A model generated the notes under the pieces. The model saw only the letters and a list, made by a program, of their open reading frames with translations, was not told where the DNA came from and made no database searches. 46,534 bases of DNA from Hydrurus foetidus. Taxonomy: Eukaryota. The DNA is taken from the NCBI GenBank assembly GCA_900617105.1, contig UYFQ01000351.1, positions 1-46,534 on the forward strand, read 5' to 3'. This document shows, in pieces, positions 13,282-25,084 of this stretch (position 1 is the first letter of the stretch; each line of letters opens with the position of its first letter). Both the position numbers and the translations under genes were made by a program.

Positions 13282-13590
13282 GATTGGGTAGCAAAATAGA
13301 TGTTTGAAACAGAGGCTGAAATGAGAGGTTACTGTGCTGAGAATTTGCTATCGAGAGGTCGCATCAATCATAGCATTGGTAGACGTTTCACGTAATTGAC
13401 ATGTGCGCATGATGGTTGCAATGTCAAAGTGAAATTAAGGAACAAGCTGCATGAAGAGCTGTACATTCTTGAAGCTGGCAATGGTTCTGAACATCAGCAC
13501 AACGATCTCGATATAGCATCTGAGAGAGGTCTGAGTGAGGAACAGAAGAGGATAACGCTTGAATGCTATGCTAAAGAATGTGGTGATCCG
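13282..13590 (+). pseudogene. MULE-like transposase N-terminal zinc-finger (WRKY/FLYWCH-like) fragment
   Basis: CAHDGC...EHQH (C-x4-C...H-x-H) followed by RGLSEEQK; in-frame stops upstream. Confidence 0.5.
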
Positions 13591-13614
13591 TCCTATTGTC
13601 CTAGTCGATCATGA

Positions 13615-14855
13615 CCCTATTGGTTTAACCAAAGTAGAATGCATTGGAACAAACTGTCGAAAATAGTTTGCAAGTCCCGAGAATGATCTTAACAAAGTTA
13701 AGTTCCCAGGTATAGAAAAGTTAAGTACAGTTTCTATTTTTCCCTTTGACATGGGAATGACCTGAGTAAGGTTGAATTCTTAGGTATAGAAAAGTTTAAA
13801 ACTGTTTCTAGTTTCTCTTTTGACATGGATAAACCATCTTTGTCAACGACTCTGCAAACATAGTCAACACATGGAAGTCTGAAACGGCACTTTTTAGCTT
13901 TGAGTCTAAGGCCCATAAGTCTAAATCGTTCAAAGACTTTTCTCAAGTTCGTAAGAAACTCTGCTTCACCCTTGCCATATACAATGCAATCGTCGAGATA
14001 CGTCTCGCAACAATGATGTATGAGGCCATATAGGACCGCCGTTACCATCTGCTCTTGAAAGTAAGAGAAGGCACGAGACTTCCCAAAGGGTAGTCTCGTA
14101 AACTGAAATACCCCCGAAAAGCAAATAAATGCTGTGAAAATGCGATGTGAGGGGTGTATCGGTGCTTGATGGCAACCCGCGCTTAAATCGATCACACCAA
14201 AAATATCCGAGTTTTTTTTACCGATCCTCTCAAAAAAGTGTTTGATATTAGGTAGGGGGAATGAGGCAGGGGTCAGACATTTATTAAGTGGCCAGTAATC
14301 GATGCAGGTTTGGAATTTACCGGGTGACTTAGTTAGTAGTACAGGATGACTGTAATAAGCAGCATCTGACCGCTCTATAACCCCTGACACAAGCATCTCA
14401 TCGAGATTCTCCTTAAGAGCAGCCTCTTTCGTTGATGACTGTGGACATACCGGCGTACAGTTTTCGTCTTTTTCCCACAACTCAAGTGGGATGTTAATCT
14501 CAAAAGGCTTCAGTAATACTGGTTTCTCAGCTAATTGATCACTAAAAATGTCTGAATATGCAGAACAGAGCTCTCGGAGTTTCTTTTGAAAGCTTTCATC
14601 TCCTTCAAAAGTAATCTCCTTAATGAAATCCTCTGGCCCCTTGGGCAAGTCATCTTGACTAGGTTTCTCTGCTAAGAAGGGGACCAACGTGTCTATCTTG
14701 CCATCGTCAATCTCGTCAACTGAGAGTGCGACACCACTGGGCCATAAAGGCTCAGTAACATAGTCTAGGGTATCAAATTCCCCAAAGGTATGCGTAAGGG
14801 TGGGAATCTGGTCGCCACCTAGGTGCGGTGTATCACCCGTACGTTTTGCGAGAAT
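13615..14855 (-). pseudogene. pol: G2 reverse transcriptase fragment
   Basis: YYSHPVL, CIDY, DLSAGCHQAP, RLPFG, YLDDCIV, then GLANYFRQFVP in another frame; several conserved residues mutated. Confidence 0.92.
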
Positions 14856-15315
14856 TGTCAGTCCAGCATATTCATGCATGATCTGTTAGCATAGTTTCAT
14901 CTGTAGATTAGCATTCACATGTCACAAGTAGTGTAGCGCTTCCTCACCCAAAACACCGCCATACACTGTTGTGTACATACGCTCATCGTTCTTCTAGCGA
15001 TATCCTCCTTTGGGGCCGTCACCAAGCATCCGGTTTTTTCACCACCAAGCATCCGGTTTTTCTCAGGTATCCTGTTTTCACCAAGCATCCGATTTCATGA
15101 GCAGCGAGGGTTCCGACCGTTGCCCAATCGCCAACTTGACTATTCGCTAAATATATTCGCACTTCGGCGATCACCATTTCATGCACACTGGATGCTTTGC
15201 TCTGCTTCTTTGATGGTTGTCTTCTCTGATATCATCGCCAGTTGTTTTACTACTTGATCGTTGTAAGTAAACACGTCTTCCGAGACCACTTCCACCAGCT
15301 AGTCTTTCCTTTGCG
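14856..15315 (+). repeat. Displaced, 3'-truncated 5' LTR of Copia A
   Basis: Starts TGTCAG after AGAAT, matching the flank of the 5311 LTR; has the same four-unit tandem repeat; homology ends at tttgcg. Confidence 0.9.
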
Positions 15316-15931
15316 TCGAGATTCTTTTCTTCTTCTTTCCTTTCTTCTTCCATGTCGAGATTAAACGACTATAGAACGACATATATCCGTCAAAGTCTAT
15401 GCGAAAACGCAAGCCCCCCGTCAAAAAAATTGCGTGAGCTTTGCCTCGTTAGCTTTAAGGGTACTTTACGCAAGTAACAGCGAATAAGTGAATTTCAACC
15501 AACTCTTGTTGAGAGAATCTCTAAGGCGTGAAAGCCAAATTTTGAGTGGTGAAAATCCGGTGTCCTTTAAGGATGAAGGAAGCAATTCCCACCGACCAAA
15601 AGATGTCCGTAGACTAATTTGATGTCGCTAGCAATGAATCCAACGTTCAAATTGTAATCCGACGACGTGTTAATTGTCGAGTGGTGAGGGCTTTCGCGAA
15701 TTCAACCTACTACGAACTTTGGAGACACCAGTAATGGGTTCCAACATGAAAGAGGCTAAGCCCAACTTTCGTTAACTTAAACTAAGTTCTTGGAGCGTAG
15801 CTCAGCAAGAATTCGACTCCGTAGACGTCGTGAGTATATCGAACTCAGAGTTGGAGATCTTAGCTAAAGTTTTGGACGAGTAGGGTTGGAATTAGGGGCA
15901 GCAGAAAAGGTTGTGAGGCTTAAAGATCTAT

Positions 15932-16890
15932 TGTGGTCACGGAAATGGAGGAATGAGTCGAGGGTAGATAGGCTTAGGCTGCAATTCATGGCAACGGAAA
16001 ACGGCCATACGTTCAAGAAAGCCGTGAAGTTTACCCGTATGTACATTTTGACTCGCTTCATGGTTTTAGGTGTAAAGTGTACGTAATAATTCAAAAATTC
16101 AAAAGTTCAAAAATTAATTCTTCATTGGAAACTATCTTCTGTGACTGTTACTAAACCTCTAGCGATCATCATTATAGTGTGCTGGGCAATTATTTGATTG
16201 TAAAGCGTCTCGGTGGGATGATTTACTCCAGCAAGGATTGGTATCATCAAACGAGACTCTTGAGAGTGTCGCTAGTCGCATCTTTGATTGGTATGTACGA
16301 GTAGCTCTCGAATAATTCTCTAACCCAATTAACGGCTCGTACTTTAATGGATTGCTCAATCTGATGAACACTTTGCTTCCCTCCGTTGGTTACAATATCA
16401 TTCCACGCGAGAAGAAGGAGTAGCGTGTACGACTCTCCGATTCCTCTTGATACTCTACCCATTCGAGTTGCCGCTTCTTCAGCCATTGCGATGATGTGTT
16501 CTGCAGCCGACGTGAAATAAAAAGTGCAACGTCGCCTCAATTCCTTTCTCGGGTGCCTCAAATAGTCCACGGAATAAACTCGTTTTACACGTGGAAGATT
16601 TGAAGAAGCGGAGTTGAAAAGCGTAGGAATTTTTCAGGAATCCCCCATGAATCAACTTTTTACGGAAGAAACTTCACGGCTTTCTTGAACGTATGGCCGT
16701 TTTCCGTTGCCATGAATTGCAGCCTTAGTTACAGGGTGTCTGAGCTAGAAGCTGGTTTACTTCTACGTGAACACTGCAGATAGCCTCGACGACACAACAG
16801 CCTAACTGTAGTGTACAGTAGTAGTACCCGGTAGGATCCGGTAGAGTCGGTACCCGGTAGGATCGGGACCCTGGACCCGGTACTATCACA
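15932..16890 (-). repeat. 5' LTR of G2 (about 208 bp once the MITE is removed)
   Basis: TGTGAT...GACCACA termini on the minus strand; similar to the solo LTR at 44348. Confidence 0.7.
15977..16724. mobile_element. Non-autonomous PIF/Harbinger (Tourist-like) element
   Basis: Perfect 56-bp TIRs (15977-16032, 16669-16724) starting GGCTGC; TTA on both flanks. Confidence 0.93.
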
Positions 16891-16940
16891 ATACGCACGC
16901 TCTCAATGCCTGATGTTGTTCGGCAGTTACACTTAGTCGC

Positions 16941-17882
16941 TGTAAGGGTATTCATGTCAAAATGCCCCCTGTCAGACCACTTAATTCTATCAAGCTATGT
17001 CTGTAGTAATATAGTTGCAAATATAGTTACAAATATATACATGTACGTTATGCGGCACGTATGTACGTAAGTACACATGCAGATATGATAACATGCACAC
17101 GTACACACGTACTTACACATGTTAGTGCATACTCTTTTATGCATACGTACACACATGTACTTACACATGTACGTACATAGTCAATATGTGCGTACGTATG
17201 TACGCACGCATGTAGCATAGCGTACACTTGTATCGTAACGTACACACGTACATACGTATGTGCACATGTTAGTACAAACTATTATATGCATACGTACACA
17301 CACGTACTTACACATGTATGTACATATATAATATGTATGTATGTACGATCGCCAATAGCGTAGTACATAGATGTATAGGCGTACATACGTAAGTACCACT
17401 GTACTTACGCATGTACGTTATTATACATACACATGCATACGTACTCCTATAATATCGCCATATAGCAGTTAGTACTCACGCATGTACGTTCATATACATA
17501 TACATGCATACGTACCCCTGTACTATCGCCATGTATCAGTTAGTACGAACCCTCTGACCTCACGCAAATGAACGTTCGCCTTTCATGATTCTTCAGTATC
17601 GCCAAAACACTTCGTTACTATAAGCATTCATGCAACGTTCCTCAAGCACATGCTATGAACAACACATCTCGCTGTGAACTTTGTCTCAAGGTAGTTTCAC
17701 TGTCATGAACTGTTCTGATAGCTCTTTTGCGTGGCTATCTGTAAACTCTAATCAGAATTTAATACGTTGTACTTCACAGCTTCGTCTACTCGATAGCTCA
17801 CTGAATTGAGACAGTAGCCTGCAGCTGCTTCTCCACCTTCACTGCGAACGCTAGAAGGTGACATCTTGTATTTAGTCTTACA
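16941..17882 (-). repeat. Putative 3' LTR of a further, truncated LTR element (D)
   Basis: TGTAAG...CTTACA inverted termini; adjacent ccccc-agtt reads as a PPT (aactggggg) on the minus strand; no partner LTR seen. Confidence 0.5.
17030..17550. repeat. Low-complexity alternating purine-pyrimidine tract (tacgta, tacaca, catgta)
   Basis: Direct reading; includes a diverged ~72-bp duplication at 17401-17545. Confidence 0.85.
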
Positions 17883-17896
17883 CCCCCAGTTGATTC

Positions 17897-18345
17897 TGTC
17901 AGTCCAGCATATTCATGCATGATCTGTTAGCATAGTTTCATCTGTAGATTAGCATTCACATGTCACAAGTAGTGTAGCGCTTCCTCACCCAAAACACCGC
18001 CATACACTGTTGTGTACATACGCTCATCGTTCTTCTAGCGATATCCTCCTTTGGGGCCGTCACCAAGCATCCGATTTCATGAGCAGCGAGGGTTCCGACC
18101 GTTGCCCAATCGCCAACTTGACAATTCGCTAAATATATTCGCACTTCGGCGATCACCATTTCATGCACACTGGATGCTTTGCTCTGCTTCTTTGATGGTT
18201 GTCTTCTCTGATATCATCGCCAGTTGTTTTACTACTTGATCGTTGTAAGTAAACACGTCTTCCGAGACCACTTCCACCAGCTAGTCTTTCCTTTGCGCTT
18301 CCGCAGCCAACAGGTAGCTCGCTTCACTCCACAGTCTGACTCACA
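17897..18345 (+). repeat. 5' LTR of Copia B
   Basis: TGTCAG...CTCACA; direct repeat of 24183-24630. Confidence 0.96.
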
Positions 18346-18358
18346 TGGTAGCGATTGC
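18346..18358 (+). promoter_or_regulatory. Putative primer-binding site TGGTAGCGATTGC
   Basis: TGG immediately after the LTR; cognate tRNA not identified. Confidence 0.65.
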
Positions 18359-18435
18359 ATAGAAAGTTCAGCAATCATCGATATAGTATCAATATATCAA
18401 CGGTCTTCCATCACAAAAGATATCTCAAGTCGGCC

Positions 18436-20972
18436 ATGATGCTACGATCGTCCGACAACACAGACCAAAACAACGAGGAGTATCATGACGCAACTGGGCT
18501 AGAGACCCCCAGCAGGTCCCAGCTTCCGCGCATGCTCTCCATGACCCTCGCAGAGTTCGATGAACGGGTCGCCGAGGCCATAAGAGCCCCAACCCATAAT
18601 TTGACGACTAGCTCGATAGCGAATCGGCCAAATGTTGCAACTCCAAACCGACCTCGACGAGGCTCCAACACAGAGGAGGCCATGCCACTGCGCCAAACTT
18701 CGGGAGAAGTTTCAGCAAGTGGGCTAGCATCTAATTCCGCCTTGGAAGCCGTCTTGGAGCTCAAACGGCTGAAAATCGATTTCGTTTTGACGACTTCCTT
18801 CGAAATCGAAAGCGTCAAGCAAAATCAGATCTCCACAACGACTGTGGGATCCAACAAGCGGTTCAAAGCGCTTGACAACATGCTCCACGTCGTTGGACTC
18901 TACCCAATGGCGATGAGCACGCGTCGCGAACCAGTTCCAACGCGGCAAAATCCATCTGGATACTCGGAGCCTACAACATCGGAGAATCGAGACGGAACCT
19001 TCAACTATGTCCCTGCCGACGATGTTACACGATGGGCTCATGACAAGAAACGTTTATACAACATCATGTTAAATGCTTTCCATGAGTCTACTCACTACTT
19101 ATGCTCCGACTCCTTCACCTCTCGCGATGGGATCACCATATACCACCGTATGCACGAGCACTTCTATGGACATACCGAAGCAGACATCAACCGACTCCGG
19201 CGCCTTCTACAAAACTTCAAGGGCTCTACGGCTACTTGTTTTCAAGAGGATTTGGTCAAGTTTACAACTTTGATGACAGAATTCGAGTACGCCCAGGCCA
19301 GATCGAGCACTGAGCAGGAGCGCCTTCAATTCCTCCACAATGCCTTCACCAACGATCCCCGCCCCAAAAACAAAGCCTGCTTCATGTCGTGCAATAGCAA
19401 CATGCTCACATATCTCCAAACTTTGGATAGAACTGTTCTATATTTCGAGTATGCCCTGCCTGAGAAGCCGGTCAAGATAGCTGCCTTGTCCGCTACCCCG
19501 GAAGCCTGTCGCAAGTTCCTCGCTGGCACCTGCCTTCTCGGTAACAAATGCAAGCACTATCATGCTCCTGCTAAAGCCAATAGCAGCTGCACCTCCATCT
19601 GGTAAAACACAACCTCCTACCCCACCTGGATCAGCTCCTGTCACCGACAAGAACCGGACCAAGGCCAAGGGCAAGTACTCCCCGAAGCAGACCTTCCCAG
19701 TGACGAGTATCGATGGCGGTGTCCCTTACCTCAAGAGCAACATCCCGATGAAGTTTCTGACAAATGGACCCAACATCAATCCTGACGACGGCTGGCAGAA
19801 CAATACCCTTTTGGATAACGCCGAACCCTCTGGATATGTGCGCTTCTCCCTCCGACACTGACCCAGCACCTCCTCCGGCTACACCACCTAATCCTCCTCC
19901 CGAGTTAGCACTTCCGCAAGGACCTTCTCCACCAGGACACTCACCACTGCGGTCTTCAACTCGTCCATCTTCTAATATCGCCTCTCCCTTAATGCTCCGA
20001 CCGTACGTACGTTCCGGACATACTTAACCAGCCTCTACCCCAGTAGTCCTAGGCACACCACCGACTCCTGTCGCACCAGAGAATGCCACAGCCTGGGACA
20101 CACCGCGCCATCAGAACATCTCCTCGCCATCTTATGGGACATCAATGCAAGAAGAAATCGATGCCTTCACACTGAGCCGCCGACCCCACCCAATCTTGAG
20201 TATGATCCAGGGCACTACCGCACCTTCAATCCAACCTTGATTGAGGACATTACCACCTATCAGTCCACAGTCGGGAACATTTTCTTCTATTTCCTGGTCC
20301 ACACTGCTCTATACATCGACGACCAGATCAGTCCGGACCACATGACCATTTTTGAAAGTGTCCTCATCTATGACTGTGCATCCTGGGTCGCAGCACAGCT
20401 TGCCCGATATGCAAACTCACCCGGCAACTCCTGGCACAACATTCCTACCCTTCGCATCCTGATGCTCACGGAAGTTGATGCGCACGTCGACGGCCTTATG
20501 TCACGCTCTGGATCGAAGGAGTCCTTCATCCAAGCCATTCGTGTCGTCATCCAGCATGTACTACCCGACGCATTCCATGTTACACCCAACAGCCTCTTCG
20601 TCGGACCCGATCCTGTTGAGCCCACCGAGTCACACTACCGCACAGTGTCTCTCGCCAGGGATCATGCAGCATCTACTGCACCACAGAACATCCGTAAAAG
20701 ATACACTCTGTGATTCTGAGTCCTCTGTCGAAGACTCCATCTGTTTTCTCCCGTACAACATGTCCTGTCCAACCCATAACATCAGTGGCCCTCGATGCGC
20801 CCTCTCTTATGTTAACTACCTCCATGGAGCCGTCACACGTCTCATGGTCCCTCCATCCGACGCCTCCCCATGGGTGCCACCGGACGCATCCATGGAACTT
20901 CAGCGATACAACACCAGGAAGCGCGGCATCGCATTCCCGAACGACCCGGCTCAAGGGGACACTAAGCGTTAA
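18436..20972 (+). pseudogene. gag: Copia B gag with CCCH finger and extra domain, frameshifted
   Basis: Matches the copy A gag and supplies its missing N-terminus; frameshifts near 19575 and 19855, deletion near 20172. Confidence 0.88.
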
Positions 20973-23900
20973 GACGCCTCGTCGTCTTCGTCATCATCCT
21001 CTTCATCCTCATCGTCAACATCGATCCCATCTACGCTTCCAGAGTTGACTACTCCGCTACCACCTGTTCCATCGACACCCTCTGACCCTCTAACCGGGTC
21101 ACTCAAACGTTGGCAAGCCGCGCAGCCACTTGCATCCGACTCGCCTTACACAATGCCTCGTGTCCAGCGCCACAGAACGACTCCATCAGTCGGATCCCAA
21201 CTTACGACTAATGTCCGCCATGCCTTCAACAGTACTCGCCCTCCGCTTGCATCAGCTCGCCCTCCTGCACCATCCGGCGGTACCTCCGACTCCAAGCTCA
21301 ACACATTCGTCGTCAAGTCCCAACATGAGAGACTCAACTCGTTCCACGTCCCCGACAAGGTCATCTTCGACTCTGGTGCTTCTCGCTCTGGCACTGGCCG
21401 CTCCCAACGTCTTACCAGCATTGAACCTGTCAGCACATCCGTCACAGTCACCCCTGCATTCGGCCCGTCCATGACACCAACACACCAAGGCAGCCTCGGA
21501 CCGTTGGAGCTTAGCACCCTCCTTCTCCCTGCACTAGGCGACAGCACCCTTGTCTCTGTCTCCCAGTTCTGCGCTGGCGGTGTCACCAACGACCACTTCA
21601 TCGGCATCTTCACTCATAAAGACTTCCGCTTTTATGAGACTGCATCAGCCCTTCCCTACATTGCACTGGTAGCTCAGCATGGAAAGGAGGTCACCCGTGG
21701 AACCGTCCAAGACGGCCTCTACGTGGAGACTCCCTACTGACCAACCACTCGGGAGAGTCTTTTGGTCACACACTATACTCCCGCTTCACTGTACGACCAC
21801 GTGCATCAAGCCACAGGCCACCCCGGTCTTCCAGGCATGGCATGGCACCGCGATCATTCCCTCAATGCTCGTTTCACCACCAAAGATGCACACACCTCCC
21901 GTCCGGTCTGTCCTGGATGTGCCTATGTCGCAATGCGTCAAGCATCCACAGACTATCGTCGCATCCACAGAGAAACAACTACCCTCGTCGGCCAGCACTT
22001 CTCCTTGGATGCCTATACCCACTCGACTTTATCATTCCGGAACAACCGTTACACTCAAGCCGCATTGAAGCCTTCTTCGACCTAACCCCCCAATGGAGCC
22101 ACAACACCCCTGGGGTTGATCGCTTCATCCGGCATGACCCAGAGGCCAACTACCGATCTGAAGAATTTACTGCGCTTTGCGCCCGATACCGATACCGACT
22201 TGAACACACTGCACCTCGTGACAAACATGCCAATGGCATCGCTGAACGAGCAGTCGGCATTGTCGCTCTCAAGACAAACGTTGCCATAATAACCCCTGTT
22301 CCGCATGTGCCAATGAAGTTCTGGGACCTTGTTCCGCAATGTCCTATGCATGTGTTACTCATTCCTTCAACCTTAACAAGCGTATTGGTACTTCTCCGTA
22401 TCACTTCACTTCTGGGCAACACGTGGACATCAGGATGCTTCGACCATTCTGGGCACCCTGCTATGTCAAGCACGCACCCAAAGATCAGAAAAGTAAAGTT
22501 GGGTCACCTCGTGCATACCGTGCTCGGTTCGTTGGTTATAGTTTTACATCTATACTAATACCACAATATTTAGTATTAGAAATACTACCCAAGAACACCT
22601 ACGGTACTGTTCGAGTCAGTAAGGATGTCATCTTCGACATGCACAACAACTTCAAGCATGACTCAGATGCACACTTCCCTACCGACGAGGCCTTCGCCCT
22701 CATCCCGTCCCTCTACTATACTGATAATAATAATGACCCTATTGTGGTGCCTGAGCGAGTCGACCTACCCGGCCTCCCCTCACCTGCACCCCTTATCGAC
22801 CCCGACTATATAACCCCTGTCCCTGAGACAGAGCACTCAGTCAACGATGACATGATATACTGGTCCACCTACACCAGTTCTTCCACATGCTTCCCTGTTC
22901 ACCTCTTCCGTGTCCTGCACTACAACATAGCAGTCCAAATCAAGGATCCCTACATCCCCAAAGACTTCTGGACCGCAATGCAGTACCCTGAGTGGGAACA
23001 GGCCATCAACACTGAGCGAACTAAGTTTGAAGTCAACAACTGCTTCAGGTCTGTCCCCTTCACCGGCCAGCACCTCGTACCAATGATGTGGCTCTTCAGT
23101 ATCAAGACTGACGGCACCAAGAAAGCCCGACTCGTGGGTCGTGGTGATCTCATGATACCCTGGGTCGACTTCGACCCCTACGCAGTATACTGCGGTAATG
23201 TCAATGCGTCTTCGATCAAGATTGCTCTCGTCATAGCAGCTCGTCCATGCGGGGAGGAGATTTAGTAGGCGCCTACTTAATCACACTCGCTAACCCCGAC
23301 TTTCCCGTTCACATCAAGACACCTCAAGGTTACACCACACCTTTTGGCACATGCTTCCAAGCCATTGGCAACCTCTACGGTTTTCCACCAGCAGGCCAGA
23401 ATTTCTCAAAGGAATTCGACAAATGTGTACGCGAATGTGGATACGAAAACACACCGTGGGACTTAAAGTTCTTCTTTAAGTGGGTCCAAGGTCAACCCCT
23501 GATACTGATAGCACACTCAGACGACTTCAGATGGTTCGGACCACTTGCACTCATTAGCGAATGGGATCTCCTCATCGCTACATTCAACTCCCACAAGTAT
23601 GAAGTCACCGACGCAACCTCCAAAGAGTTCGTCGGCATCCGCATTACATGCGATGAAAACTTCAACTACTACATGGATCAGTCACGCATGATCACATCCA
23701 TTCTATCGGAGGCCAACCTTGCTGGCGCCGCCGATGAGCATCTACCATATCCACCTTCTGGTGAGAGTCTGTCCAAGGCGGACAACTCTACCGATCTCGA
23801 TAGGACAATAGTATCGCTACGATGGTACCTGTGTCATTGTTAAAATCCCTATCAGGCGAAAACAACTCAGCACATAGTCAAATACGAAATGGAGACTGTT

Positions 23901-23975
23901 CACCACTCCCACCGACATTTCGAATACCTAACGCACAGGCTCGTTGACAAGTCTTTACGAACTAATATTAAATAA
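20973..23975 (+). pseudogene. pol: Copia B pol (PR, IN, RT; most of RNase H deleted)
   Basis: VIFDSGAS; HQATGHPG...CPGC; GNLYGFPPAGQNF; IAHSDDF; jumps from DLDR to the last RNase H residues near 23802. Confidence 0.92.
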
Positions 23976-24182
23976 CACAAGTTATTAATATCCATCTAAC
24001 TAACATACGTACTAATTTTACTATCTTATATGAGTGCACGCATATATTATAACTAACTTTTTACACTTTTTGCCAAATCTTCCGTACGGGGAGTACATCC
24101 TCAGTACGGGGAGTATATATACACATACCATTCGTTTCGATACTCTCAATAACACGTTCAACTACATCTTCACTACGGGGAG

Positions 24183-24630
24183 TGTCAGTCCAGCATATTC
24201 ATGCATGATCTGTTAGCATAGTTTCATCTGTAGATTAGCATTCACATGTCACAAGTAGTGTAGCGCTTCCTCACCCAAAACACCGCCATACACTGTTGTG
24301 TACATACGCTCATCGTTCTTCTAGCGATATCCCCCTTCGGGGCCATCACCAAGCATCCGATTTCATGAGCAGCGAGGGTTCCGACCATTGCCCAATCGCC
24401 AACTTGACATTCGCTAAATATATTCGCACTTCGGCGATCACCATTTCATGCACACTGGATGCTTTACTCTGCTTCTTTGATGGTTGTCTTCTCTGATATC
24501 ATCGCCAGTTGTTTTACTACTTGATCGTTGTAAGTAAACACGTCTTCCGAGACCACTTCCATCAGCCAGTCTTTCCTTTGCGCTTCCGCAGCCAACAGGT
24601 AGCTAGCATCACTCCACAGTCTAACTCACA
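24183..24630 (+). repeat. 3' LTR of Copia B
   Basis: Preceded by PPT acggggag, followed by TSD gattc. Confidence 0.96.
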
Positions 24631-25084
24631 GATTCTACCCCACGCTCTCTCTCACACACTATTCCTGTCACACACTATTCCTGTTGGTCAATGAAATCTT
24701 CATTGACTTTTGTCCTTAAGTCTCTTACTTGCTGAAACACAATTTGACTGCTCGCTTCCCAGAATATCGGCTCATCGCATATCAATGCTTCTAAATTTTA
24801 GGTAGTGTCCCCCACCCACGATGTCAGCACACGGTAGTATTGCAGAACCTTGATCACCTTGACTCACTACCCTCTCTACTGCGGAAACCAGTTGAGAACG
24901 CGTGTTCGATGCCCTAATGATATCAAAGTTGGTGTAGGCTGCAACACAATCGGGACTTTATCAAAATCTAGAAATCACCCCAGGGAAGAATTTCACCCTT
25001 GCCGTTCTTTGGGAATGGAATAATGTATGAGTCTATCGGACACATTGTTCGTATCCATACGCTCATGTTGAGAAAGTCCTCAAG

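Larger units (their letters stand above)
13615..16890 (-). mobile_element. Decayed Ty3/Gypsy element G2 (5' LTR, leader, gag start, RT), interrupted by a Copia A LTR and a MITE
   Basis: LTR 16890-15932, leader, MEEERKEEEK start at 15353, RT 14855-13615 homologous to G1. Confidence 0.75.
17897..24630 (+). mobile_element. Ty1/Copia copy B with both LTRs and 5-bp TSD GATTC; defective
   Basis: gattc at 17892-17896 and 24631-24635; LTRs 17897-18345 and 24183-24630; gag, PR, IN, RT order. Confidence 0.97.

Noticed and set aside
17048..17399. ORFs in the RY-alternating tract
   Set aside because: Low-complexity translations of a simple repeat
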